Source: a virus | Strand: one strand, 5' to 3' | DNA: 51,208 nucleotides | IMG/VR virus record: IMGVR_UViG_3300014789_000001 | Shown here: positions 7,503-16,703 of the stretch, one piece after another | How positions within the stretch are numbered: the stretch's first letter is position 1 | Layout of the letters: each line of letters begins with the position of its first letter | The notes under the pieces: generated by a model | The model's database searches: none | Told to the model about the DNA's origin: nothing | Seen by the model: only the letters and a program-made list of their open reading frames with translations | Translations under genes and position numbers: made by a program

Positions 7503-9662
7503 CTAAAAGTTCGGGGTGCATACGCACCGGCAGTTTATAACTTCGTCCGCCGGGCCGTCCGGGTCTCTGGGGAACCGTAGGCCGTTGGAGAATTTCGCGT
7601 CGATGGGTACGGTCTCTCCGTCCATGCGCCGGTGGTCGCGGCGGTAGTCCGGCGTGATGCTCATGTGGTGCCACGTCTTGGTCTGGGCTCCGGCGTTCAC
7701 CATCATGTCGTACTGGCCCGTCGAGAGGCTTGTCATGGTCTCTTGCTGGGCGATGAGCCGGGCCCGCTTCTCATTGGTGTTCATTTCCTGCATGATGCTG
7801 TCCGCCATGACCTGTGTGCTGTCGCCGTTTTCGATGCCGTCGGCAACGATGCGGGCGATGGCGTCCTTCGTTGTCTGGGTGACATTGGTGACGCGCCTGC
7901 CGCCGCGCAGCTTCGCGGTGCTGATAAGCTCGGGGCGCTGTACGCCTCGGAGCCCGTAGAGCTCTTGGGTCTGCTTCGCCCCGGCGGTGTATGCTTCTTT
8001 CCACAACGGTTCAAAGACCTTGTTGAGAACGTCCGTCTCATTCGGCCAGTCGATGAGGCTCCCGACAAATTCGTCCATGAGGGCCTTCCGCTGCTCCTCC
8101 GTGAGCGCCTCCCATGCCTCCCGGTCTACCTGCCCGGTCTCGGTGATGTACCTCTTGAGGGCGTCCCACGCCGTCGAGGATGCCTTCTCGGTGGCACCGA
8201 GGGCGCTGCCGATGCGGCGGGCCTGCTCCCGAAAGTATTTCATGGTCGCAATCTCGAAGGCCGTGGTACTCTGCCGGGCCGCTGCGTCCTCGCTGCGGAT
8301 GATGGCCCGGAGGCTGACGCTCTTTTTCTGCTTGCCGCCGAAGGCCGTGATTTCAACGGCGTCCTGGTCGGCTGGCGGCTCCTCAACGTCGATTTCCTCC
8401 GCGCCGCCGGTCTCTGCGGTTGCGGGGTCTCCGTACTGCAGGTTCGCCATACTGCTGCTCACGCTGGCCGGGTCTTCGTTCGCCCTCATGTAGATGTCGG
8501 AGAAGGTCGTCTTGTAGACGTCCCCGCCCACCTCTGCAGGGGGCATATCGAGGAGCTCGCGGGCTTCGTCCTTGGTGAGGAGCCCGGCGTTCCATCCGTC
8601 GATGCCCTTCATCTTGTCGAATTCTTGGTTCCGGGGAACGATGTCGTCATAACGCCACAACAGCCCCTCCCCGAACATCGGGAGGAGCTGTTGATTGATG
8701 GCCTCCTCGCGCCGGCGAAGGCGCGGCATGAGGACGTTTTGCGCGTAGATGTATTGGGCTGCCTCCGAGGTGGCCCGGTTGCTGCTCTCGGTGATGCCCA
8801 TGATTTCACGGGGGACGCCGAAATGCTCGAGGGTCGCGTTGCGGATGAAGGTTCTGCCATTCACCATGTCCATGTCCTTCATGCTCTCTGCGACCTTCTG
8901 GATGCTGATGTCGCCGCCGGTGGTGGCTATGCCGTGGCTCTTAAAGACGCCTTTGAACCGTTCCAGCCATTCAGCGCGGAACCGCTTGCGCTGTTCGTCG
9001 CTGCTGCCGGGCATGGAGACGATGATGTTCGGGGTGGCGTCGTTGTAGAAGAACCGCTTTTGAAACTGCGCGGCGTATTCGTCGATTTCCACTTCGTCGG
9101 CGATGGCTTCCGCCTGCCCGAGGCCCCGAAGGAAAGGGTCGAGCGGGTTGATGTCCTTCATGACGAACATATCGTCCACGCTGACTTCCATGATGCTGCC
9201 GCTGGTTGTCTTGACGGTGTAGTAAGGGTGCCCGAGGTACGGCGTCATCATCACCCAATGGGTCGGCACCGGCCAAAGCTCTGCCGGGCGGCCTGCGGGG
9301 TCTTTCTCGATAACGAAGTAGCCCTCGCCCTTGAGGAGGAGGTAAATCTCCTCGAGCCGCCACAAGGCTGCTGCCGAGAATTCGTGCAAGGGGTTCGGCT
9401 GCGCCCAAAAGTTGAGGAAGCTGTGCCGGGTGATTTCGCTCTCCTCGCCATCGCTGCCTACGACGTAGAGCTTGCCGGTGGCAAAGGAAAGGTCGGACGC
9501 GATGCGCTCCACCACGGCGAGGCGCGGGCTCTTGGAGAACATCTTAATCCAGTCGTAGGTGTTCCGCTCCGGCGGGCGCGTCCACCTCGGTATCATGGCG
9601 TTTCCCTCGGCGCGGCTAAATTGGTCGCTGGGGAGCCGTCTCCGTCTGTTAAACAGGGGCAT
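7503..9662 (-). CDS. Portal protein fused to SPP1 gp7 / Mu F-like minor head protein domain
   Basis: A 719-aa ORF. The N-terminal ~430 aa are portal-like; the C-terminal ~250 aa end in RRDHRRMDGETVP...EVINCRCV, as in Mu F-type head morphogenesis proteins. Confidence 0.8.
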   Translation of the reverse strand: MPLFNRRRRLPSDQFSRAEGNAMIPRWTRPPERNTYDWIKMFSKSPRLAVVERIASDLSFATGKLYVVGSDGEESEITRHSFLNFWAQPNPLHEFSAAALWRLEEIYLLLKGEGYFVIEKDPAGRPAELWPVPTHWVMMTPYLGHPYYTVKTTSGSIMEVSVDDMFVMKDINPLDPFLRGLGQAEAIADEVEIDEYAAQFQKRFFYNDATPNIIVSMPGSSDEQRKRFRAEWLERFKGVFKSHGIATTGGDISIQKVAESMKDMDMVNGRTFIRNATLEHFGVPREIMGITESSNRATSEAAQYIYAQNVLMPRLRRREEAINQQLLPMFGEGLLWRYDDIVPRNQEFDKMKGIDGWNAGLLTKDEARELLDMPPAEVGGDVYKTTFSDIYMRANEDPASVSSSMANLQYGDPATAETGGAEEIDVEEPPADQDAVEITAFGGKQKKSVSLRAIIRSEDAAARQSTTAFEIATMKYFREQARRIGSALGATEKASSTAWDALKRYITETGQVDREAWEALTEEQRKALMDEFVGSLIDWPNETDVLNKVFEPLWKEAYTAGAKQTQELYGLRGVQRPELISTAKLRGGRRVTNVTQTTKDAIARIVADGIENGDSTQVMADSIMQEMNTNEKRARLIAQQETMTSLSTGQYDMMVNAGAQTKTWHHMSITPDYRRDHRRMDGETVPIDAKFSNGLRFPRDPDGPADEVINCRCVCTPNF

Positions 9663-9707
9663 CGCGGTTCACCTCGCTCTCTGTTTGGTCTTTCATTGGT
9701 CTCCTCC

Positions 9708-11177
9708 TTAATCGCTCTCAAGGCTCCACGAGAGCATATTGTCCGCCGCCGTGGTGATGAGCATTGTCACGGCGTCCGGGGCGTCGTCGTGTTCGTTCGG
9801 CCCCCGGATGGTGTAACTGGTGAAATGGTCGTAGAACTTCTCGTAGTCGCTGCCGTGCGCGTAATCCTGTCGGAAATGTACGCGCTGCTTTATCTGGCCG
9901 CTGGCCGTGAGGATGCGGGTCTCCTTGTTCGTGCTGGACGGCACCGCCTCGATGGCCGTGAAGCCCTTGGCCTTCTCGCGGATGCTCTTGGCGTACAGCC
10001 GCCCGCCTGCGTTGCTCTCGATGCGGAACCGCTGTACTTTCCAGTTGTCCAGCGCCCCGAGGGTGAGGGGCTCTGTTATCTCCGCTTGGTCTTGGGTATA
10101 TATCACGTCCACCACATAGATGTCGTTGCCGAAAAGGTAGGCCACAATCATGCAGTAGTAGTCCTCGCCGGTGTCTGCGACGTCTGCAACGGCTATCACG
10201 CCGTCCGGCGTCCTTCCCCGTATGTCTTCCATCTCGAAGTAGTTGAGGGCCTCTGCGGGGAACAGGAGGCCTTCTGCGGGCCTCGGGTCTTGCTGGTAGA
10301 GGCTCATGAAGACGTGGGGGTTGCTCTGCTTTGCAGACAGCAGCCGGGCGAGGCTGTGACGCTCCGGCCAGAGGGCTTCGCCTTCGTGCCGGGGGTCTAT
10401 GTCGGTGGGGTCGCCCTCCTTGATAGCTTGGAATTTGACGACTTCCCATTCGCCCGGCTCGCGCTTGAGGATGACGCCGGCGAGGTCGTCTTGGTGCCAG
10501 CGCGTGAGGGTGATGAGCTGGCGGCTGTCGTTGTGCAGGCGGGTGGTGGCGACGGTGTCGTACCAGTCTTGGATGCTCCGCCGCACCGTGGGGCTCCATG
10601 CGTCCTTCGGGTCTTTGTACGGGTCGTCGATGATGAGCACGTCGAGGGCGCGGCCCGTTAGGCCGCCGCCGATGCCGACGGTGACAAGGCCGCCTTGCCG
10701 TCCCACTATCTCGAATTCGTCCGAATTGCGGAGCCAAGAGCCGACGGCTGCGCGGATGTTCGCGGTGTTGAGGCGGGTCTCCGGGTAAAGCCCTGCGTAT
10801 TCCCGGCTGTCGATGATGCGCTGCACGTCTCTGTTGAACTTCGATGCGAAGTCGTGGTTATAGGAGACAAGGCCCGCCCGGAGGTCTGGGTTGTCCCCGA
10901 GCATCTTGGCAGGGAGCCTGCGGCTGCACAGCTCGCTCTTTCCGTGCTGCGGCGGCATGAACACCATGAGCTTTTTAATCCTTCCGGCGGCAAAGGCGTC
11001 CAGCTTCGCCGCGTAGCTGACGTGGTGCCAGTTTTCGATGTAAAGGGGGTTGGTGTACTTCGTGAAGTCGATGAGGCTACGCCGGGCGAGCTCCATCTTC
11101 GCGGCGCGGGCGATTTCCCGTAGCTGCGCCTTGGTGTATAGCCTCTCGCGGGCGTCATTCTTCCTCATCGTCGTCAC
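9708..11177 (-). CDS. terL: Terminase large subunit
   Basis: A 489-aa ORF with a Walker-A-like FMPPQHGKSE and a nuclease-like C-terminal half. It lies between the small terminase and the portal. Confidence 0.9.
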   Translation of the reverse strand: MTTMRKNDARERLYTKAQLREIARAAKMELARRSLIDFTKYTNPLYIENWHHVSYAAKLDAFAAGRIKKLMVFMPPQHGKSELCSRRLPAKMLGDNPDLRAGLVSYNHDFASKFNRDVQRIIDSREYAGLYPETRLNTANIRAAVGSWLRNSDEFEIVGRQGGLVTVGIGGGLTGRALDVLIIDDPYKDPKDAWSPTVRRSIQDWYDTVATTRLHNDSRQLITLTRWHQDDLAGVILKREPGEWEVVKFQAIKEGDPTDIDPRHEGEALWPERHSLARLLSAKQSNPHVFMSLYQQDPRPAEGLLFPAEALNYFEMEDIRGRTPDGVIAVADVADTGEDYYCMIVAYLFGNDIYVVDVIYTQDQAEITEPLTLGALDNWKVQRFRIESNAGGRLYAKSIREKAKGFTAIEAVPSSTNKETRILTASGQIKQRVHFRQDYAHGSDYEKFYDHFTSYTIRGPNEHDDAPDAVTMLITTAADNMLSWSLESD

Positions 11178-11724
11178 CTCCGTCCATGCTGGCGAGTTTG
11201 CGGAGGTCTGCGTCCGTCAGCTTCGACCAATCTATGCCGCCGTCCGCCGCTCCCTGCTGCCCGCTGCGGGCCGGGGTGCCGGTGGGCTGCAAGAAGCCCG
11301 CCTCCTCGAGGAGGTTGCCGCGCTCGAGTTTCGCGCCCTCCACAATGAGGCGGATGATGGCGTTGGCGTCGAGGTCTTCGACGTTCAGCCTGTCGAGGGC
11401 CTCGGTGGCCTTCTTCTGCATGAAATAGCCGGTCTTGCGCTGGCGCTTCCGGGCCTCCTTGAGGTCTTTGGCTGCCTCTGCTCGCTCTTGACGCTCGAGG
11501 TCGTTGTCATAGGCTCGGGCCCGTTCTACCCATTCCCATCGGCTGCTCCACCTGTCCATGAGGTTCTTGCTCTTGCCTAACTTCCGCCCCACCTTGGCCG
11601 TACTGCGGCTTGAGCCCATATCGCGGTAGATGGAAAACGCCTCGAACGCCTGCGGGGTCTCTCCCTTTTGCCGTTCCCACGGGGGGGCGGCCTCGGGCTC
11701 CGGGCGTCTCTTTGGCATTCCCAT
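11155..11724 (-). CDS. terS: Terminase small subunit
   Basis: A 189-aa ORF with an HTH-like N-terminus (TPQAFEAFSIYRDMG..RS..KVGRKLGKS) and an acidic tail. It overlaps the terL start. Confidence 0.7.
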   Translation of the reverse strand: MGMPKRRPEPEAAPPWERQKGETPQAFEAFSIYRDMGSSRSTAKVGRKLGKSKNLMDRWSSRWEWVERARAYDNDLERQERAEAAKDLKEARKRQRKTGYFMQKKATEALDRLNVEDLDANAIIRLIVEGAKLERGNLLEEAGFLQPTGTPARSGQQGAADGGIDWSKLTDADLRKLASMDGGDDDEEE

Positions 11725-11731
11725 CCCTCCC

Positions 11732-13003
11732 TTATCGCTTTATCGCGTATCTGTAAATGACATCCCCGTTCTCATCCTTCCCGTCCGGCACAAGGACGCC
11801 GCCGTAGGCTCTGGCCGGGCTGGTGCCCTTCTTGGTGTCGTTCCAGTTGGAGCGCAGCCATTGGGCCATCGTGGTGTCGTACAGAAGGGCGCGGGCCTTG
11901 TTGCTGCCGGTGTTGTAGCCGCAGGCCCCCACCCAAGGGAAGTCGAAATACTTATTGATGCTCTCCATCACGTCGGAGAAGGTGACAAAGCCCTTCTCTC
12001 GGGCGATGATGATGGCGTTCCCGATGTTGCCGGTCTGGCTGACGCCCCATTCCGGCGGGACGCCGCAGCAGTTGCAGGCGTCGTTGCATTCCCGGCAAAA
12101 AGCGTCGGAAACGTGGAAGCGCATCCCGAGGCTGTGCGTGAGCTCCCGCATCCTGTGGATAATGGGGGCCTTAATGGCCCGGTTCAGCCTCTTGTAGCCC
12201 TGCTGCTTGCTGTTCTCCATGTAGAACTGATGGATGTCGTACCCGAGCACCTCGCTCATCGCCGCGTATCTGGCCTTGAGCCTGTCGTCGGCCCGGCTCT
12301 CCATGCAGAAGAATTCGGTGGTAACGCTGTCCGCGCCCGCCTCCTTCGCCGCCCGGATGAGTGTGGGGTAATCCTCGCTGCATCCGATGATGAAGGGCCG
12401 GAGCCGGAGCGTGACGTGGATGCCGATGTCGGCGAGCCTCTTGATGGCCGCGAGCCGCTCTTGCGGCGACGGGACGCCGCGCTCAATCTTCCGGGCCTTC
12501 TCCGGGTCTGCGGTGATGATGCTGATTTTGACGTGCCAGTTGTGCGTGTGCCGGGCGAAAAGCTCCATGTAGCGGCTGTCCTCCGTCCACCACGCCGCCT
12601 TCGTCGAAAAGGACAGCGGATAGTCGATTTTGTCAAAGTAGCGGAGGAGCTCGAGGGTAACGCCGTTCCGGCGCTCATATTCGTCGAATTCGTCCGCGAG
12701 GCCGCCCCACTGCATGATGCGCCGGTCTTGGATGTACTTGAAGAATTGCACGTCCGTCTTGTTCGCCGCTGCGGTGTTGTTGACCGCCGCGTTTTCAAAC
12801 AGGGCGATGACCTTCTCCGGGTTCACGCTGCGCGGCTGTCCGGTGAGGTAGCCTTTGGTGGTGTGGCTTTTCTGGAAGAACGAGAAGCAGTAGAGGCAGT
12901 TATAGGAACACCGGCTGTATGTGTCCATGCTCATAGGCATGGAGCAGTCCGGGATTTCCATGCTCCACCGGGGGCTCGTATAGTTCTGCTTGAGCTTTTC
13001 CAT
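11732..13003 (-). CDS. Radical SAM enzyme (SplB/COG1533-like)
   Basis: A 423-aa ORF starting at ATG 13003, with the CxxxCxxC motif CSYNCLYC near the N-terminus and a Cys-rich C-terminal part (CRECNDACNCCG). Confidence 0.75.
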   Translation of the reverse strand: MEKLKQNYTSPRWSMEIPDCSMPMSMDTYSRCSYNCLYCFSFFQKSHTTKGYLTGQPRSVNPEKVIALFENAAVNNTAAANKTDVQFFKYIQDRRIMQWGGLADEFDEYERRNGVTLELLRYFDKIDYPLSFSTKAAWWTEDSRYMELFARHTHNWHVKISIITADPEKARKIERGVPSPQERLAAIKRLADIGIHVTLRLRPFIIGCSEDYPTLIRAAKEAGADSVTTEFFCMESRADDRLKARYAAMSEVLGYDIHQFYMENSKQQGYKRLNRAIKAPIIHRMRELTHSLGMRFHVSDAFCRECNDACNCCGVPPEWGVSQTGNIGNAIIIAREKGFVTFSDVMESINKYFDFPWVGACGYNTGSNKARALLYDTTMAQWLRSNWNDTKKGTSPARAYGGVLVPDGKDENGDVIYRYAIKR

Positions 13004-13008
13004 CTGCC

Positions 13009-13752
13009 TCACCTCTTTCCGCGCTTTACCATGAGCGCCTCGCCGGGGCGCTTGGGGTTCAGCTTGAGGATGTCCGGGTACTTGGCGACGAGCAGCTCCG
13101 CCACGCGGATGACGCCGCTCTTGTCCTTCCATGCGTCTTCGCATCCTCCCTTGGAGTAGTGCAGCGCGTCGCAGGCGAAACGGTCTAACCTAATGCAGGC
13201 CCCGTATTTTCGGATGATGCGACAGCACAGCTCATAGTCCTCTTTCGTCTGGAGCTCCTCGCAGAAGGCGATGCCCGGCGTCGCCACCATGCCGATAAGG
13301 GTTCCGACGCAGATGGCCGCCTTCTTGTAGCCGCCCCGCATGAAATAAGCGTTGGCGACAGGGTAGAGGCCGAAACAGATGGTGCGGTTCTTCTGGGCCG
13401 TCGCAAATCCGAGCTTGCACATCCGCTCAAACTTCTCGAGGGTGTCCAGTGGCACGAGCCCGAGGTCTTCCATGACGACCTGCTTGATGTCGTCGTCCAT
13501 GAAGACGACGTTGGTGCCCTCCGGCACGTTCAAGAGGATGGTGTTTCGGTTCCCGGCTGCGGTGCTGGCCTCCCGGTATAAGAAGGTGCCGACGCGCTCA
13601 CTCAAGCCGCTGCGCGTGTATGCGTCCCGGTCTTCCTCCGTCTGGACGCTCAAGATGCGCCGCTCCTTGGGGAAGCCGAGGCTATCGAGGTAATCGAGCG
13701 TCCGGGAGGCTTCCGGCCTCTTGTAGCTCGCAATTCCCACATAAAAGTCCAT
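13009..13752 (-). CDS. GT-A-like glycosyltransferase-fold protein (putative)
   Basis: A 247-aa ORF with the N-terminal strand FYVGIASYKRPE and a DxD-like motif VVFMDDDI. Confidence 0.45.
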   Translation of the reverse strand: MDFYVGIASYKRPEASRTLDYLDSLGFPKERRILSVQTEEDRDAYTRSGLSERVGTFLYREASTAAGNRNTILLNVPEGTNVVFMDDDIKQVVMEDLGLVPLDTLEKFERMCKLGFATAQKNRTICFGLYPVANAYFMRGGYKKAAICVGTLIGMVATPGIAFCEELQTKEDYELCCRIIRKYGACIRLDRFACDALHYSKGGCEDAWKDKSGVIRVAELLVAKYPDILKLNPKRPGEALMVKRGKR

Positions 13753-13755
13753 GCC

Positions 13756-14352
13756 TCACTCCTCCATTCTTATGACGGTGGTTTTCTTCCCGGTCTTGGC
13801 GGTGGCGTCGTAGCCCATGCGGTCTATCCACCTCTGGGCGTCCCTGCTGCTGCGGAAAGTGAGCGTCACTACCCACGAGGCCCCGAGGAAGTCCGGGTCT
13901 TCGTCTTCTTCGTCCTCCTCATCGTCCTGCCATGCTGCCGGGTCTTCGACGTCGTCGTTCTTGGCGAGGATGAGGGCGATTTCCTGCCCGGTGAAGCCCG
14001 TGACCTTCGCCTCCTCGAGCTCGTACTCTTGGAAGATTTCTTCCAGCCGGGAATAGTCCCACTGGCCCTTGATTTTGTTGAGGGCCACGTTGAGGAGCTT
14101 TTCTTCCTTCTCATCAAGGTCTACCACGCTGACCTCTGCGCTGGTGTAGCCGAGGTGCTGCAGCACGGCGAGGCGCTGGTGGCCGCCTACGATGTGGCCG
14201 GTGCGCTCATTCCAGACGATGGGCTCGACGTTCCCGAACGTCTCTATGCTGTTCTTGAGCCTCTCGAATTCCGGCATATCCGGGGTAAGGGCGACGCGGG
14301 GGTTATAGTCGGCGGGTATCAGCCGCGAGAATTCAATTTCTTGTATCTTCAT
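13756..14352 (-). CDS. ParB N-terminal (ParB/Srx) domain protein, paralog B
   Basis: Carries the motifs YNPR and IVGGHQRL. It is a clear paralog of 14333..14959 along its whole length. Confidence 0.8.
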   Translation of the reverse strand: MKIQEIEFSRLIPADYNPRVALTPDMPEFERLKNSIETFGNVEPIVWNERTGHIVGGHQRLAVLQHLGYTSAEVSVVDLDEKEEKLLNVALNKIKGQWDYSRLEEIFQEYELEEAKVTGFTGQEIALILAKNDDVEDPAAWQDDEEDEEDEDPDFLGASWVVTLTFRSSRDAQRWIDRMGYDATAKTGKKTTVIRMEE

Positions 14353-14959
14353 AGCTGTCGCCCTCCATGTGTATCACGAGGTTCCGGCCTCCCCTCGGGA
14401 AGCCCCTCTCGATGCCCTCGCCCTCGAGCCACTCCTCTGCGGCCTGCCGGGTCGGGAAGGAGAGGTAGATACTGAATTCCCCGTCGTCCTCCTCGGTGTC
14501 GTCGCCGCCGTCGTCTTCCTCCGGCTCCGGCTCATCTTGGTAGAGGTCTGTGGGGTCTTCGTCCTCGCCTCCGAAAAGGGTCTTGAGCTCCCCGTCGGAG
14601 TAGCCAGTTGCGAAGATGTCCTCTGCGCTGAATTCCTCGAACAGGTCTTGCAGCTTTTCGTAGTCCCACTGACCTTCGATGCGGTTCAGTGCGACGTTGA
14701 GCAGCTTTTCCTGCTTTTCGTCGAGGTCTACGACTGCCGCCTCTGCCTCCGTGTGGCCGAGGTCGAGCAGGACGTTGTACCTCTGGTGCCCGCCGACGAG
14801 GTTGCCCGTCCGAAGGTTCACGACGAGCGGCTCCACGAGGCTCCACCGGCTGATAGATGCCTTGAGCGCCTCGTATTCCTTTTCGCCGGGCTTGAGCTGC
14901 CGCCTTGGGTTGTAGGCCGCCGGTTTCACGTCCGCGAGCTTGATGCGCTTGATGTTCAC
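14333..14959 (-). CDS. ParB N-terminal (ParB/Srx) domain protein, paralog A
   Basis: Starts at GTG 14959 after GAAAGGAGG and carries the motifs YNPR and LVGGHQRY. It is the first gene after the late promoter candidate. Confidence 0.8.
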   Translation of the reverse strand: MNIKRIKLADVKPAAYNPRRQLKPGEKEYEALKASISRWSLVEPLVVNLRTGNLVGGHQRYNVLLDLGHTEAEAAVVDLDEKQEKLLNVALNRIEGQWDYEKLQDLFEEFSAEDIFATGYSDGELKTLFGGEDEDPTDLYQDEPEPEEDDGGDDTEEDDGEFSIYLSFPTRQAAEEWLEGEGIERGFPRGGRNLVIHMEGDSYEDTRN

Positions 14960-14983
14960 GCCGCTTTCCTCCTTTCTGGCATG

Positions 14984-15017
14984 AAAAAAGGCCGCCCCGG
15001 TTTCCCGAGACGGCCTT
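14984..15017 (-). terminator. Candidate intrinsic terminator after the early operon
   Basis: On the minus strand an imperfect GC-rich stem (AAGGCCG...CGGCCTT with an inner CGG/CCG pairing) is followed by T6. Confidence 0.45.
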
Positions 15018-15062
15018 GGTGCCCTTTTCTGCTGCGGCTATCCGCAATTTCGCATTGTAGGT

Positions 15063-15091
15063 ATTATAGCACAGGCAAAATTCACACGCAA
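15063..15091 (-). promoter_or_regulatory. Sigma-70-like promoter for the late block
   Basis: The minus strand reads TTGCGT, 17 nt, then TGcTATAAT (an extended -10). It sits in the only sizeable intergenic gap of the region. Confidence 0.5.
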
Positions 15092-15115
15092 GGTTCGCAA
15101 ATTCGCGGCTGAAAT

Positions 15116-15628
15116 TCACATTGACGCCTGCGAGCCGTAGAGGAGAACCGCGACGGCCCGCACCAGCCTTCCGCGCTGCTTCCAGAGCTGCGTGTTGCCG
15201 CATTTGAGGTCTGCGGCGATGTCGTCGTCCTCGAGCCCGTCGATGTACTTGGCCTCGACGGCGGGGTAGAAGGGGTCGTCCTCGATATGGGCGAGCGCCT
15301 TCTCGAGCGTCTCTATCTCGTACTCATCCGCCGCTATGGTGGCCTCGAGGTCTTTGATGATGGCCTCGAGCATCTCCTCCGGGGTGAGCCGGTAGCCGGT
15401 GCGGCTGAACCGCACGATGCTCTTGCTCCGCTCCGGGGCCCCGTGGGTCTTGATTTGCTCGAGCTTCTCTTTGTCGTCCTCGACCTTCTGGCGCAGGACG
15501 GGCAGGGCATAGAGCCTCCGCTCGGTAGCCTTGTAGGCGTCCTTTGCGATGCTAATGCCCTGCGCCCGGCCCGCGTTCACGGCCTTCTGGATGATGGCGT
15601 CAAAGTCCGGCCAGTTGTTCTTCCCCAT
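15116..15628 (-). CDS. ArpU / sigma-70 region-4-like phage transcriptional regulator
   Basis: A 170-aa ORF whose C-terminal HTH-like segment (DDDIAADLKCGNTQLWKQRGRLVRAVAVLLYG) resembles sigma region 4. It is the last gene before the late operon. Confidence 0.5.
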   Translation of the reverse strand: MGKNNWPDFDAIIQKAVNAGRAQGISIAKDAYKATERRLYALPVLRQKVEDDKEKLEQIKTHGAPERSKSIVRFSRTGYRLTPEEMLEAIIKDLEATIAADEYEIETLEKALAHIEDDPFYPAVEAKYIDGLEDDDIAADLKCGNTQLWKQRGRLVRAVAVLLYGSQASM

Positions 15629-15682
15629 GTTGACCGCCTCCTTTTCGTATGGGGTGGCCCCTCTAAAAGAGGCGGCCTGCTG

Positions 15683-16057
15683 TTATTCTTCGTCCGGGAA
15701 GGGGTAGTCGTCGTCATACCCTCCGGGGGTGTTATCCCGGCGCGGGCCCCCGAGGAATTGCACGTCGTCCGCGATGCACTCGGAGACCGTGCGCTTGTTT
15801 CCATCCTTGTCCTCGTAGCTGCGGTTGTGCCAGCTCCCGATGACCGCCGCCTGCCGCCCCTTGGTGAGGTAGCGGCAGCACAGGTCTGCGGTGTTCCTCC
15901 AAGCGACAACCGGAATGAAGTCTGTGGGCCGGTTGCCGTCCTTGTCCTTGTGGTCGCGCTCGACAGCGAGTGTGAAGCTGCAAGTCGTCACGCCGCTGCG
16001 GGTGGTGCGCCGCTCGGGGTCTCGGGTGAGGTTCCCGATGAGGATTACTCTATTCAT
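15683..16057 (-). CDS. ssb: Single-stranded DNA-binding protein
   Basis: The N-terminal sequence MNRVILIGNLTRDPE...F.....W fits an OB fold, and the protein has the acidic tail DDDYPFPDEE. Confidence 0.9.
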   Translation of the reverse strand: MNRVILIGNLTRDPERRTTRSGVTTCSFTLAVERDHKDKDGNRPTDFIPVVAWRNTADLCCRYLTKGRQAAVIGSWHNRSYEDKDGNKRTVSECIADDVQFLGGPRRDNTPGGYDDDYPFPDEE

Positions 16058-16340
16058 GCTGGTACTCCTTCTCGATGAGCTCGGCGAGGCGCTTTCTGAC
16101 CTGCTGCAGGGTGAGGAGTTTCTTCCGGGCCTGCTTCGTGGCCGTCGGCATCATGGCCGCGAGGCCAGGGGACAGGGCATTGATGACCGCTGTGGAGCCC
16201 TCCGGGGGATTGGCGGCCCGCTCTGCCGCTGCGATTTCGACGTCGAGGTCGGCCAGCAGCTTCGCGTCGCTGATTTGGGTGGGCGGGATGGCGGGCGGCG
16301 TTTTCTGCCGCCCATCAAAAAATCCGCGCATCTTCTTCAT
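16050..16340 (-). CDS. Hypothetical protein
   Basis: A 96-aa ORF in an operon context. It overlaps the ssb start by 8 nt. Confidence 0.4.
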   Translation of the reverse strand: MKKMRGFFDGRQKTPPAIPPTQISDAKLLADLDVEIAAAERAANPPEGSTAVINALSPGLAAMMPTATKQARKKLLTLQQVRKRLAELIEKEYQHE

Positions 16341-16355
16341 GGTCTTGGTCTCCTT

Positions 16356-16703
16356 TCATCCGACGTATTCTTTCGGCGGGGTCTCGTACTCCTCGCCGAT
16401 TTTCTTCCAAAGGTGGAGGCAGTACGGGTGCCTGTTGACGTACTCGCTGCGGGGCGGGTGGAACTGGACGACGCACTCCTCCTCTCCCCAGAAGATGTCC
16501 TTCACCATGCACATCTCCTCCCATGTGGGGCACCGGCGGGCGAGGCTGACGCTGACGTGCTCCCAGCCGCCTCCCCACGAGGCGATGACGGCGATGGCCG
16601 TGGGCTTGTAGCATGGGTGGTTGATATAGGCCGCGAAGCCGTCCTCTCCACTGCTGACGATGCGGAGCCGGTAGTTGGCCTTGATTTCGGAAATTGGTCT
16701 CAT
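16356..16703 (-). CDS. Conserved hypothetical phage protein
   Basis: A 115-aa ORF starting at ATG 16703 (ATGA overlap). It carries the motif WEHVSVS..R.PTWEEM...QFHP. Confidence 0.45.
   Translation of the reverse strand: MRPISEIKANYRLRIVSSGEDGFAAYINHPCYKPTAIAVIASWGGGWEHVSVSLARRCPTWEEMCMVKDIFWGEEECVVQFHPPRSEYVNRHPYCLHLWKKIGEEYETPPKEYVG

Noticed and set aside
7632-10661. A 1009-aa ORF on the + strand, the longest single + strand ORF in the window.
   Set aside because: It runs antisense to the portal and large-terminase genes, which have clear motifs. Its product is low-complexity Gly/Ala/Val/Arg/Leu-rich text, and it has no RBS. This is a typical shadow ORF of GC-rich DNA.
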